Below are positions 29,291 to 38,956 of a stretch of DNA of 64,000 nt, piece by piece (position 1 is the stretch's first letter; every line of letters begins with the position of its first letter). The notes under the pieces were generated by a model. That model saw only the letters and a list, made by a program, of their open reading frames with translations, had not been told where the DNA came from and searched no databases. The position numbers were made by a program, and so were the translations under genes. Source of the stretch: a virus; IMG/VR virus record IMGVR_UViG_3300042464_001105, positions 1-64,000 of that record. One strand, 5' to 3'.

Positions 29291-29497
29291 ATGAGTGAAG
29301 GCAACAACCAGGTCGACCCAACGCGACTTTCGATCGAGCAGGCAGGAAAGCTACTTTCAGCTGCTTATCGAGAGCGAATAGAGGTCGCAAAGATTCAGGA
29401 AGACATCGACGCCGGCGCACCGACCAATGCCGACGGAACGATCAACCTCGTGCACTACAGCGCATGGCAAGCAGAGGAGATGGGACATGGCGAATAG
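29291..29497 (+). CDS. Small putative DNA-binding protein (possible terminase small subunit-like)
   Basis: GGAGG RBS, GAPTNADGTINLVHYSAW, position upstream of terminase. Confidence 0.65.
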   Translation: MSEGNNQVDPTRLSIEQAGKLLSAAYRERIEVAKIQEDIDAGAPTNADGTINLVHYSAWQAEEMGHGE

Positions 29498-29507
29498 AAT
29501 CGCGACG

Positions 29508-29942
29508 CTAAGAGATTGGAAGAGTCCAGTCTTGGACAGTCAATCCAGGAATTCGCTCATAATCAACTGTATTTCGTGTTATGACAGTCATGTGCTGACT
29601 GATCGCAATCGATGCAATCCGCAGATCCATGGTTGCGACTCGAATTCTATTACGCTTAAAGTCCTCGAATACCTCGGATGCCGCGAGGTTGAACGGAAGA
29701 ACCTGCGAGCAAGAGAAGTCCTTCAAAACTTGTTCGAGTCGAGCATACCCAGTGACAATCTTTTGAGGGCTATTCGACTGTTTAACATACTTTGTCCAAC
29801 CTGCAACAATCTCGTGAAAAGAGACGATGGTTGTGTACACGTTCGAATCACTAACTACTGCAATTCTTTTGAGAACGTTAGTGCAGTCTTCGCCCCTGTG
29901 GCCTTGCAAGATGCCAAGGTGATCCGTGTAGAGAATAAACAT
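29508..29942 (-). CDS. vapC: PIN-domain (VapC-like) toxin
   Basis: ILYTDH..SFHE..MDLRIASIA..TRNTVDY. The first acidic residue appears replaced by Tyr. Confidence 0.85.
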   Translation of the reverse strand: MFILYTDHLGILQGHRGEDCTNVLKRIAVVSDSNVYTTIVSFHEIVAGWTKYVKQSNSPQKIVTGYARLEQVLKDFSCSQVLPFNLAASEVFEDFKRNRIRVATMDLRIASIAISQHMTVITRNTVDYERIPGLTVQDWTLPIS

Positions 29943-29947
29943 CAACC

Positions 29948-30154
29948 TTACTCGTCATTCAGAATATCGGTTTGCCGCTCTTCACGCCCCAACCGGAGAA
30001 TCTCTGCAAAATCGGGGTCATCTTTGAACGAACCTTCGATTTTGGCGATCCACCCTGGTTTCTTCGCAGCGAGATCGATTTTGCTTGATTGCGAAAGCTT
30101 AAGAAGAGTTACTTCCTTTTCCAATTGCTCAAGTCGTTCTTCAACCGTGGCCAT
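29948..30154 (-). CDS. Putative antitoxin
   Basis: VEERLEQLEKEV..WIAKIEGSFKDDPDF...GREER, directly upstream of the PIN gene. Confidence 0.8.
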   Translation of the reverse strand: MATVEERLEQLEKEVTLLKLSQSSKIDLAAKKPGWIAKIEGSFKDDPDFAEILRLGREERQTDILNDE

Positions 30155-30231
30155 ATACATCTCCAAGGAATCCAACAAGACACGACGTTCTATTGTACCT
30201 TGTAGTTCATCCAAAGGGAAAGGCCGAAAAG

Positions 30232-32499
30232 ATGCGATCTGATCCAAGGAAACTAAAGCCAAGCGAGCTATGCCGACTGCTCAATTCAACACCGCTGGGT
30301 GAGGTGATCAGCGAGCGACAACTGTATCGGCATCGTCAGCGCGCCGGCGCACGCATTGGTGATAACAAGACCGTTGATTTGCTTCGCTATTGTGCTTGGA
30401 TGCATCGCGTACGACACACGCCTCGGGCGACAAGCGGTGTTGATCCATACGATGCGATGAAAGAGCGAGCGCGTGCACGCAATGCAGCACTGGCACTCGC
30501 TGGTCGCGACATTGGTGAACTGCCGGAGGTCGACAACGTTGATCGCAAAGATCGCGCAGCGCGTGACTTCCGCTATTTCTGTGAAACGTATTTCCCATTG
30601 ACGTTTCATCTTGCGTGGTCGCCGGACCACATCAAGGTCATGGATAAGATTGAGCAAGCCGTTGTCCATGGGGGATTGTTTGCGCTAGCGATGGCGCGGG
30701 GTAGTGGGAAAAGTTCGATCGCCGAGGTTGCCTGCATCTGGGCAGTTCTATATGGGCATCGCAACTTCGTTTGTTTGATCGGCAGCGATGAAGGCCATGC
30801 GTGTGACATGCTCGACTCGATCAAAACAGAACTCGACAGCAACGAGTTGCTCTTGGCCGATTTCCCCGAAGTTATCTTTCCTATTCAAGCCCTCGATGGG
30901 ATATCGAATCGAGCTAATGGGCAGCTTTATAAAGGCAAGCGAACGCAGATCGGATGGACCGCAAAGGAGGTAGTGCTACCAACGATTGATGGCAGCAGTG
31001 CCAGCGGTGCGATTATCAAAGTGGCTGGCCTGACCGGTCGTATCCGAGGTATGAAGTTCAAACGCCCTGATGGCAGAACGGTGCGTCCAAGTTTAGTCGT
31101 GCTCGATGACCCCCAGACCGACGAGAGTGCTCGTTCGCTATCGCAATGCGCGAATCGCGAAAGCATTCTCGCCGGCGCAGTCCTTGGCTTAGCAGGACCG
31201 GGCAAAAAGATCTCTGGCATCATGCCCTGTACCGTCATTCGCCCGAGCGACATGGCCGACAATATCCTCGATCGCAATCGCCATCCCGAATGGAATGGCG
31301 AACGAACCAAGATGGTTTATGCGTTCCCTAAGAATGAAACGCTGTGGGAGCGCTATGCCGAGATCCGTGCCGAAGGAATGCGTAACGGCGATGGTGGCGA
31401 ATCGGCCACCGAGTTCTATCGTCAGAACCAAGCCGCGATGGATGAGGGTGCTGTTGTCGCTTGGCAAGAGCGATTCAACTACGACGAACTCTCCGCGATC
31501 CAGCACGCAATGAATCTCAAGTTGCAGGACGAGGCCGCATTCTTTGCCGAGTATCAAAATCAGCCTCTGCCGGCGGAAACGATTGTCGATGGGATGCTCA
31601 AGCCCGAGGAGGTCGCAAGCAAGGTTAATCGTATGGATCGCGGGTTATTATCGATTGGAGCAAACCAACTCACCGCCTTCATCGACGTTCAGCAGAAGCT
31701 TTTATTTTATGCGGTCACCGCCTGGGAGGATAATTTCACGGGCTACATTGTCGACTATGGCTGTTACCCCGATCAACAGCGTCCCTACTTCACGCTGCGC
31801 GAGGCTCGCCAGACGCTGAGCTCCGAAGCGACTGGAACCGGACTCGAGGGTTCGATCTATGCCGGCCTCGAATCGCTGACATCGAAATTGCTCGATCGTG
31901 AGTGGCAGCGCGACGATGGTGCAGCGATGCGCATCGGTCGCTGTTTGATCGACGCTAACTGGGGCCAATCGACGGATGTCGTCTACCAGTTCTGCCGGCA
32001 GTCCAAGCACGCCGCTGTGATCATGCCCAGCCACGGTCGGTTCGTCGGCGCTTCAAGTTTGCCGTTCAGCGAGTATCGTCGCCGACCAGGTGATCGCGTA
32101 GGACTCAACTGGCGCATCCCAAACGTTAGCGGGAAGCGGGCGATTCGCCACGTGGTATACGACACCAATTGGTGGAAGTCGTTTGTCAACGCTCGCCTTC
32201 GAGTGAACATGGGAGATCGTGGTTGTCTATCGCTCTTCGGTAGCAACTCCGAAACGCATCGCATGCTCGCCGAGCATCTAACTTCGGAGTACTTCATCAA
32301 GACCGAGGCTCGCGGCCGAAGCGTTGACGAATGGAAGCAGCGACCTGAGCAGCCAGACAACCACTGGTTCGACTGTTTGGTTGGCTCAGCGGTTGCGGCT
32401 TCGATGCAAGGAGCAATTTTATTTGGAACCGAAGCAACACTCGATATTTCCCGAAAACGCATGAGTTTTAAAGAGCTTCAGCAGACCCGACGCAAATAA
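30232..32499 (+). CDS. Terminase large subunit (GpA-like)
   Basis: MARGSGKS, VVLDDPQ, FIDVQ, DNHWFDC. Confidence 0.92.
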   Translation: MRSDPRKLKPSELCRLLNSTPLGEVISERQLYRHRQRAGARIGDNKTVDLLRYCAWMHRVRHTPRATSGVDPYDAMKERARARNAALALAGRDIGELPEVDNVDRKDRAARDFRYFCETYFPLTFHLAWSPDHIKVMDKIEQAVVHGGLFALAMARGSGKSSIAEVACIWAVLYGHRNFVCLIGSDEGHACDMLDSIKTELDSNELLLADFPEVIFPIQALDGISNRANGQLYKGKRTQIGWTAKEVVLPTIDGSSASGAIIKVAGLTGRIRGMKFKRPDGRTVRPSLVVLDDPQTDESARSLSQCANRESILAGAVLGLAGPGKKISGIMPCTVIRPSDMADNILDRNRHPEWNGERTKMVYAFPKNETLWERYAEIRAEGMRNGDGGESATEFYRQNQAAMDEGAVVAWQERFNYDELSAIQHAMNLKLQDEAAFFAEYQNQPLPAETIVDGMLKPEEVASKVNRMDRGLLSIGANQLTAFIDVQQKLLFYAVTAWEDNFTGYIVDYGCYPDQQRPYFTLREARQTLSSEATGTGLEGSIYAGLESLTSKLLDREWQRDDGAAMRIGRCLIDANWGQSTDVVYQFCRQSKHAAVIMPSHGRFVGASSLPFSEYRRRPGDRVGLNWRIPNVSGKRAIRHVVYDTNWWKSFVNARLRVNMGDRGCLSLFGSNSETHRMLAEHLTSEYFIKTEARGRSVDEWKQRPEQPDNHWFDCLVGSAVAASMQGAILFGTEATLDISRKRMSFKELQQTRRK

Positions 32500-32584
32500 T
32501 TTTTGGGACGTCGTTCGGACAAATTGCATAGTTAGTACTGGAAGAGGCAATCGAGTTTCTTTTTCACTCGAAGAGGGTTTCCAG

Positions 32585-32782
32585 ATGTTAGATAACTTGC
32601 AAGACGCGATTCGCGACAATGCCAAGGCACCCGCCAAGGCGTCAGGTGATGCTGGCAGTGTTGAGCAACATAACCTCAAGGATCAAATTGAAGCGGACAA
32701 ATACCTCGCCTCCAAGCGAGCGACCCAAACTAAGAATCGTGGATTGCGATTTAACAAGATCGTGCCACCTGGCGCGGACTAA
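32585..32782 (+). CDS. Head-tail joining (gpW-position) protein
   Basis: Small gene between terminase and portal. Confidence 0.65.
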   Translation: MLDNLQDAIRDNAKAPAKASGDAGSVEQHNLKDQIEADKYLASKRATQTKNRGLRFNKIVPPGAD

Positions 32783-32837
32783 CTAAGCATCTTCGGAAAT
32801 AGGCTGTCGGAACAGCGACACTCAAGGAAAGACACGG

Positions 32838-34331
32838 ATGTTCCCATACTTGTCAGGGATCTTTAGCAAAAGACCTCGTCGGACAGTCCGTCCGTCGCGG
32901 GGTGGAAGCTTGTTCCGACAGCCTTTCTCATTCAAACCGCGTGTTGATGCTCGTTATGACGCAGCGGTTACCAACGATGACAATCGAAGACATTGGTCGG
33001 CCGCTGATGGTTTGTCTGCAAAAACTGCGAACGGGGCCAGCATCCGCCGGACCTTACGCAACCGAGCACGTTATGAAATTGCCAACAACAGCTACGCACG
33101 TGGCATTTCGCTGACGTTGGCCAATGACATTGTGGGTACCGGTCCTCGTCTACAAATGCTTACCGATGATCCCATTGCCAATCGCACCATCGAAATGGAG
33201 TTCAGTCGCTGGTCCAATGCGGTCGGTCTCGCTGAGAAACTAAGAACGATGAAGTTGGCCTGCTGTGGCGATGGGGAAGCCTTCGGCATTATGACCAGCA
33301 ACCCAAGCGTCCAAACACCGGTTCAATTGGACTTGATGCTTGTCGAAGCAGACCAAGTGACCACTCCATTCGGTGTGAATGGTTTGTCCAACTACATCGA
33401 TGGTATTCAATTCGACTCCTTCGGGAATCCTGTCTATTACCACGTACTCAAGTCGCATCCAGGTGACACCGGATCTGCGTGGGGTGAATTCGATATCGTT
33501 GCAACCAGTGCGATGTTGCATTTGTTTCGTGTGGATCGGCCTGGCCAAGTACGTGGCATCCCAGAGATCACACCGGCGCTTCCGTTGTTCGCACAACTTC
33601 GGCGATTCACGCTCGCGGTGATTTCTGCCGCCGAAACCGCAGCTGACTTTGCTGGGATTTTGTACACCGACTCCCCCGCAAATGGTGAAGCCGATGCAGC
33701 CGAACCATTTGAACCGATCGAACTAGAGAAGCGAACTCTGGTAACGATGCCTGGCGGATGGAAGATGAGCCAAATTCACGCCGAGCAGCCAACGACCTCG
33801 TATGCGGAATTCAAACATGAAATCCTCAATGAGATCGCGCGCTGCCTCAACATGCCGTTCAATGTCGCAGCTGGGAATTCTTCGGGCTACAATTATGCGA
33901 GTGGGCGACTCGATCACCAAACCTACTTCAAATCCATCCGTGTCGATCAGTCGAATATGGCACGTGTGGTGCTCGATCGCATTCTATCAGCGTGGCTCAG
34001 CGAAGCCATTCTCATTGAAGGCTTACTGCCTCAATCTGTTCGAACAACAGACTTCGACGCCTCGCATCAATGGTTCTTCGATGGACATGAGCATGTCGAT
34101 CCATTGAAAGAGGCAAACGCCCAAGCAACACGTCTTTCCAATCATACCACGACTCTGGCATACGAGTATGCGCGACAAGGTCGTGATTGGGAAGATGCCC
34201 TCTTTCAACGAGCCAAGGAATTGGCATTGATGTCTGAGCTTGGCCTTGCATTACCTGGCGCACCGGTGCCTGTACTTACCCCCGATGTCAACGAGGAGTC
34301 TCTCAGTGACCCAGCTGCTAACGATGAATAG
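32838..34331 (+). CDS. Lambda-family portal protein
   Basis: LRNRARYE, RPGQVRGIP, NYASGR, VDPLKE. Confidence 0.92.
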   Translation: MFPYLSGIFSKRPRRTVRPSRGGSLFRQPFSFKPRVDARYDAAVTNDDNRRHWSAADGLSAKTANGASIRRTLRNRARYEIANNSYARGISLTLANDIVGTGPRLQMLTDDPIANRTIEMEFSRWSNAVGLAEKLRTMKLACCGDGEAFGIMTSNPSVQTPVQLDLMLVEADQVTTPFGVNGLSNYIDGIQFDSFGNPVYYHVLKSHPGDTGSAWGEFDIVATSAMLHLFRVDRPGQVRGIPEITPALPLFAQLRRFTLAVISAAETAADFAGILYTDSPANGEADAAEPFEPIELEKRTLVTMPGGWKMSQIHAEQPTTSYAEFKHEILNEIARCLNMPFNVAAGNSSGYNYASGRLDHQTYFKSIRVDQSNMARVVLDRILSAWLSEAILIEGLLPQSVRTTDFDASHQWFFDGHEHVDPLKEANAQATRLSNHTTTLAYEYARQGRDWEDALFQRAKELALMSELGLALPGAPVPVLTPDVNEESLSDPAANDE

Positions 34332-36429
34332 TCCACTACCAACCGAGCTCAATATCCTAGCGCAGTCGGAGGACAAGCTTCTCAATCTGCAAGCCTGCTC
34401 GGTTGAATTCGAAGCTGCACCTGCGGACGGCAATGAAACCACCCTTCGTCGCTTTAGCATGACCGCGTACACGGGTGGCCCGATGCTGTTGAACGGCTGG
34501 AGATATCCGGTGGTTGTCGATTTGCAGGGGATGCAGATGGGCAAACAGCGACGGCCGATTTTACTGGACCACATGCGAGACGTCGATTTCGTAGTGGGAC
34601 AGACGGATTCTATCGCGGTGATGAACAACTCGCTCATTGTGGCCGGTCAAGTCATGGGCGATTCTCCCAAGGCACGGCAAGTCATTTCTCTCAACGACAA
34701 GGGGTTTGCTTGGCAAGCCTCCATCGGCGCTCGTGCAGACCAAGTGGAATTTGTGGCCGAGGGCAAGTCCACAATGGTCAATGGCCAGGAAGTCAGTGGT
34801 CCCATCAATGTGGCACGACGATCCATGCTAGGCGAGGTTAGCTTTGTTGTGCTGGGTGCAGATGATAATACGAGCGCACAAATCGCAGCCTCTCAAGATG
34901 CGACCAATATCTCGTCCACCAACGATTCACCCTTGGAAACGCCAACCGCTATCGACGCTTGGCTGGGAGTCCATGGATTTGATACTGAAACCTTAACCGC
35001 AGCCCAAACCGATGCGCTGAAGCAAATGTTCGCGGTCGCTCACAGCAAGATTGAATCCAACCCACCTGGAGATAGCCAACCTACGAGCGAGCCTGCGCAT
35101 TCCGCTACCGATGCCGTGACTGCGCTACGTGCCTCAATGGCTTCAGAACTCAAACGCATCGCCACCATCCGAACGATTTGCAAGGAGCGGGACACAGCGA
35201 TCGAAGCTCGTGCGATCGCCGAGGGATGGGATACCACTCGAACGGAGTTAGAAATCTTGCGAACACAACGCCCACAGGCACCAGCCATCCAATCCATCGA
35301 CCGTTCAATCAGCGGTGAAATCCTTGAGGCTGCTTGCATGATTGCTTCACGTCACGGCGACGTTGAAACTCTGTACGAACCTAAGACGCTCGATGCAGCA
35401 AACCGTCGCTTCCGGGGCGGGATCACACTTCAAGAACTTATCCTCGAAGCCGCGTGGGCCAACGGATACACCGGTCGCAACTTCCGTGACTCGCGGGAAG
35501 TACTCCGGTTTGCATTCGCGCCGTCGATTCAAGCGGGACTCTCCACGATTGAAGTCTCTGGGATCCTATCCAATGTTGCTAACAAGTTTCTACTCGAGGG
35601 GTTCTTTTCGGTCGAACGCGTGTGGCGCAACATCTGCGCCGTACGAACTGTCAACGATTTTAAGACCATCAGTAGCTATCGACTGATTGGCAAGGATCAG
35701 TACGAACTGGTCGCGCCCGGTGGTGAGATCTCTAGCGGAACGCTTGGTGAAGAAAAGTATACCAACAAGGCCGACACGTACGGCCTCATGCTAGCCATCG
35801 ATCGCAGGGATTTTATCAATGATGATCTTGGTGCTATTACGACCGTGCCTCGGAAACTTGGTCGCGGATCGGGGCTCAAGATCAATGACATCTTCTGGAC
35901 AACGTTCCTCAACAATGCTGCATTCTTCGCAGCCGGTAACAGAAACTATATCCTCGGAGCCAATACGAATCTGGGCATCGATGGATTAACGCTTGGCGAA
36001 ACGACATTCATGGACCAAGTAGATGCCGACGGCAAGCCAGTTGGAATCATGCCTCAGATCCTGCTTGTACCAACGGCCATTTCGACCACAGCTGCGCAGC
36101 TCTACAAGTCCTTGGAAATGCGCGACAACACGGCCAATTCCAAGACAACCACGAGCAACCCTCACCAAGGCAAGTATCGGGTTGAAGTAAGCCGCTACTT
36201 GGGCAATGCAACATATGCGGGCGCATCGGGCAGAGCTTGGTACCTGCTCGCGGATCCGAACGACCTGCCTGTGATCGAAGTCGCTTTCCTCAACGGCCAA
36301 GAGTCTCCCACGATTGAAACTGCCGAAGCGGATTTCAACATTCTGGGTGTCAAGATGCGCGGCTATCACGACTTTGGTGTGGCGCTCCAGGATCCGCGCG
36401 GCGGATTGAAGTCCAAGGGCGAAGCGTAG
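34324..36429 (+). CDS. Prohead protease-major capsid protein fusion
   Basis: ILLDH, WQASIGA, EVSFVVLGADDNT, then VNDFK...INDDLGA...HDFGVA. Confidence 0.88.
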   Translation: MNSPLPTELNILAQSEDKLLNLQACSVEFEAAPADGNETTLRRFSMTAYTGGPMLLNGWRYPVVVDLQGMQMGKQRRPILLDHMRDVDFVVGQTDSIAVMNNSLIVAGQVMGDSPKARQVISLNDKGFAWQASIGARADQVEFVAEGKSTMVNGQEVSGPINVARRSMLGEVSFVVLGADDNTSAQIAASQDATNISSTNDSPLETPTAIDAWLGVHGFDTETLTAAQTDALKQMFAVAHSKIESNPPGDSQPTSEPAHSATDAVTALRASMASELKRIATIRTICKERDTAIEARAIAEGWDTTRTELEILRTQRPQAPAIQSIDRSISGEILEAACMIASRHGDVETLYEPKTLDAANRRFRGGITLQELILEAAWANGYTGRNFRDSREVLRFAFAPSIQAGLSTIEVSGILSNVANKFLLEGFFSVERVWRNICAVRTVNDFKTISSYRLIGKDQYELVAPGGEISSGTLGEEKYTNKADTYGLMLAIDRRDFINDDLGAITTVPRKLGRGSGLKINDIFWTTFLNNAAFFAAGNRNYILGANTNLGIDGLTLGETTFMDQVDADGKPVGIMPQILLVPTAISTTAAQLYKSLEMRDNTANSKTTTSNPHQGKYRVEVSRYLGNATYAGASGRAWYLLADPNDLPVIEVAFLNGQESPTIETAEADFNILGVKMRGYHDFGVALQDPRGGLKSKGEA

Positions 36430-36490
36430 TCGCGATTTAGCCGCGCTCAATTCAAGAAACATCATTACTCGAAAAGAGGACTCATAACCG

Positions 36491-36838
36491 ATGGCATACG
36501 AATATCTCAGGCATGGCGACGCGATCGATTACGCAAACGGAGGTACAGCCATTGCTGCGGGCGAAGTAGTGGTTGCCAACAGCAAACCGCTGGGCATCGC
36601 TATTCGGCCTATTGCAGCCAACGAAACCGCTGGGATTTGTCGAAAGCAAGGCGCCATCTTTCACTGTGACAAAGCGAGTGCAACAACCTTTGCGGTCGGG
36701 GACGATGTTAATTTTGTGACGGCAACGAAGCTTGCCACCAATGCTGTCGTCGGTGCTGGCATTATTGCACTTGGCCGATGTGTCGAGGCTGCTGGTAACG
36801 GGCCTACCAAGGTCAAGGTTGCTATCAACTTTAACTAG
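36491..36838 (+). CDS. DUF2190-type capsid decoration/cement protein
   Basis: GDAIDY..IAAGEVV..GIAIRPIAANETA; follows the capsid gene. Confidence 0.75.
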   Translation: MAYEYLRHGDAIDYANGGTAIAAGEVVVANSKPLGIAIRPIAANETAGICRKQGAIFHCDKASATTFAVGDDVNFVTATKLATNAVVGAGIIALGRCVEAAGNGPTKVKVAINFN

Positions 36839-36867
36839 TCAATCCGTCAATGGAGTAGGGAATAGAC

Positions 36868-37488
36868 ATGGTTCGAGTGGCGAACGAGAAAGAATGGTTG
36901 GTGATAGTGCTCTTGTGGATGAGCATGTTTTTCACCGGCTGTGAAGAGCAGCAATGGAGAGAGCTGGCACGTCCCTCTGTGGAAGTTCCTGCTGCGAACG
37001 TGCCACTGGCTCTGCGCCAAAAGAACTGGCCCGACGCGCGCGGATCCGGGTCGTGTGTTATCGCCTCGACCTGTTCAGCACTTCAGTGGCACAACAAGCC
37101 GGAACTGGCTGAACGCTTTCGTAAGTCCTATTCAGGCGGGCAAACGGAGACCAGCATTAAACAAAAATGGGCTGCCAACGGAATCAAGTTCATTGCTCCT
37201 GAAAGAGATGATGAATATGGCGATCCCGACTTTTTGGAGTGGGCCAGTCGGACGCGCCGAGCAGCAATCATTTGGTACTTTCCCAATCATTGCGTGACGT
37301 TTTGTGGGTTCTCCCTTTGGCAAGGTCGCGAGGTCGCCTGGTTGCTCGACAACAATCGCAAGGAGCGATTCATTCCCATTCCAAAACAACAGTTTCTGAC
37401 GGAGTGGCGCGGCTATGGAGGCTTCTGTGCAATCCCACTCTTAACGCCAGCCCCGAATCTACCCTTCCAAGCTTACGAGGTGAACTAA
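36868..37488 (+). CDS. Putative lipoprotein cysteine peptidase (papain/C39-like)
   Basis: Lipobox-like FFTGC, GSCVIAS, NHCV, LLDNN. Confidence 0.6.
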   Translation: MVRVANEKEWLVIVLLWMSMFFTGCEEQQWRELARPSVEVPAANVPLALRQKNWPDARGSGSCVIASTCSALQWHNKPELAERFRKSYSGGQTETSIKQKWAANGIKFIAPERDDEYGDPDFLEWASRTRRAAIIWYFPNHCVTFCGFSLWQGREVAWLLDNNRKERFIPIPKQQFLTEWRGYGGFCAIPLLTPAPNLPFQAYEVN

Positions 37489-38213
37489 TGTCCAGAGCAA
37501 TTGTTGTATCGGTCTCCGTTGGAACGGGCCTGTTCATTGGGTGCTTGGTCTTGATGCTCTGCGTAGCGATTGGTGCCACGCTTTGCATCGATAGCACAGA
37601 GCCTACGATGGCACCGGCCATCTTCAAGCCAAATTCGGGAGCGATCGGAGACACTGAAAGAGCTATCAACGATTTGAAATATGGTCCCGTCAATCTGGAT
37701 GCAGCAAAAGAAATCAAAAATGGCTTGTTTGCAAGGATTCGCGACACTCGGCAATCGAGGATCTGTAACCCAGTCCCACAGCAAGCATGCGTTCCTGTTC
37801 AAGACACAAGGGTGATAGAGCCTCAGCCGTATGTGATCCAAGCAACTGGTATCGAATCGCCATCAGACCCTTTGAAGGAATATCCCGCGATCAATCCGCT
37901 CGAGCCCCAGAGCGGAGATTGTCCAACCTGTCCCCCCTCTGTGGAAATTGAAAAGCTCTTTCGGAAGAAAGTCTCTCCCCGATCGGAGAACAAGACAGGG
38001 GCATTCATTTGTTCGCGTTGCAGGAAGTCGCATGTGGGTGAGGAGTGGCATACGGATTGGGCTGCGGACGGTACGCCCATCACCTTCCTCTGCGAAGGCT
38101 GCTATTCACGCATGAGCTCACAGCAGCGGATTGAAGCGTACAAGGCCTACGCTTCACGTCAAACGACGAAGAATGGTCGTGCTGCACTCTTACACCAGGA
38201 AATCGGCGAATAA
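37488..38213 (+). CDS. Membrane-anchored Cys-rich protein
   Basis: N-terminal TM; CPTC, CSRC, CEGC. Confidence 0.65.
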   Translation: MSRAIVVSVSVGTGLFIGCLVLMLCVAIGATLCIDSTEPTMAPAIFKPNSGAIGDTERAINDLKYGPVNLDAAKEIKNGLFARIRDTRQSRICNPVPQQACVPVQDTRVIEPQPYVIQATGIESPSDPLKEYPAINPLEPQSGDCPTCPPSVEIEKLFRKKVSPRSENKTGAFICSRCRKSHVGEEWHTDWAADGTPITFLCEGCYSRMSSQQRIEAYKAYASRQTTKNGRAALLHQEIGE

Positions 38214-38887
38214 TGAAAACTCCATTATCGATACTCATCGCACTCTGTGGATGTGCTTCGCTCGCTGCGGCTGCCGATCTTCCGGCCAATGACGCTGGCA
38301 AAAATCAGCTCATTGTTGTTGGCCAACCAGGTGAAGCGCCCGCGAAATGGTTCAATGAAGTCACGGAGCTGGTTCAAGTAAAGAATGCGGTATCTTTCAC
38401 GCTGTTCACTCCGACTTCCAAGCTCTTTCGAGAACGATATCAGTCTACGCTTGGTACTGACTTTCCAATCGTTGCGTATCTTCGGTCGGATGGTGGGGTC
38501 GTGTATTTTGCGGACCGCAACACATTACCATCCAATGGCGCCAATTTGTTTCAAGAAATGAAGGCGGCAGCATTTCTCGCCAAGAATGCTCGGCCATCGA
38601 CGCGACTCCCTGTGGAAATGGAAGTGCCAAGTGTACTCCAAGCCGATTGCCTGGATGGAAATTGCTATCCCGACCAAACTGCAGAGCAAGAACCACGCTT
38701 CCCTCGGCTGAATCCGTTCAAGCAACCGGCGAACAATCCACTCGACAACATAGTAACTGGCTGGTTTAGCGACTCGATTTCGTCCGGTATTTGGCTGGTG
38801 TTCTCGGTCATCGCACTTGGCTTCGTGCTGTTCTTCTTTGTGTTGTTGGTCGGTGCAATGCTTCTCGTCCGCAATCTTTGGAGGTAG
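38213..38887 (+). CDS. Exported protein with C-terminal TM
   Basis: Signal peptide, CLDGNC, C-terminal hydrophobic helix. Confidence 0.7.
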   Translation: MKTPLSILIALCGCASLAAAADLPANDAGKNQLIVVGQPGEAPAKWFNEVTELVQVKNAVSFTLFTPTSKLFRERYQSTLGTDFPIVAYLRSDGGVVYFADRNTLPSNGANLFQEMKAAAFLAKNARPSTRLPVEMEVPSVLQADCLDGNCYPDQTAEQEPRFPRLNPFKQPANNPLDNIVTGWFSDSISSGIWLVFSVIALGFVLFFFVLLVGAMLLVRNLWR

Positions 38888-38956
38888 AGATATTCAGCCT
38901 CTTGATTGGTCTATTGGTCTCCTCACCCTCCTACTCAAACTACTTAGGTAAATCAC

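Larger units (their letters stand above)
24709..29298 (+). other. 1529-codon antisense 'bridge' ORF, in register with eight minus-strand genes
   Basis: Stop-free over 4590 nt. AGGAGGT at 24727-33 precedes in-frame ATG 24748. The end overlaps the next start (ATGAGTGA). The product has no recognisable domain. Confidence 0.6.

Noticed and set aside
24709-29298. 1529-aa ORF as a conventional enzyme or structural gene
   Set aside because: No domain motifs and an antisense-like composition; the minus strand holds recognisable genes with RBSs. Kept only as a putative translated bridge.
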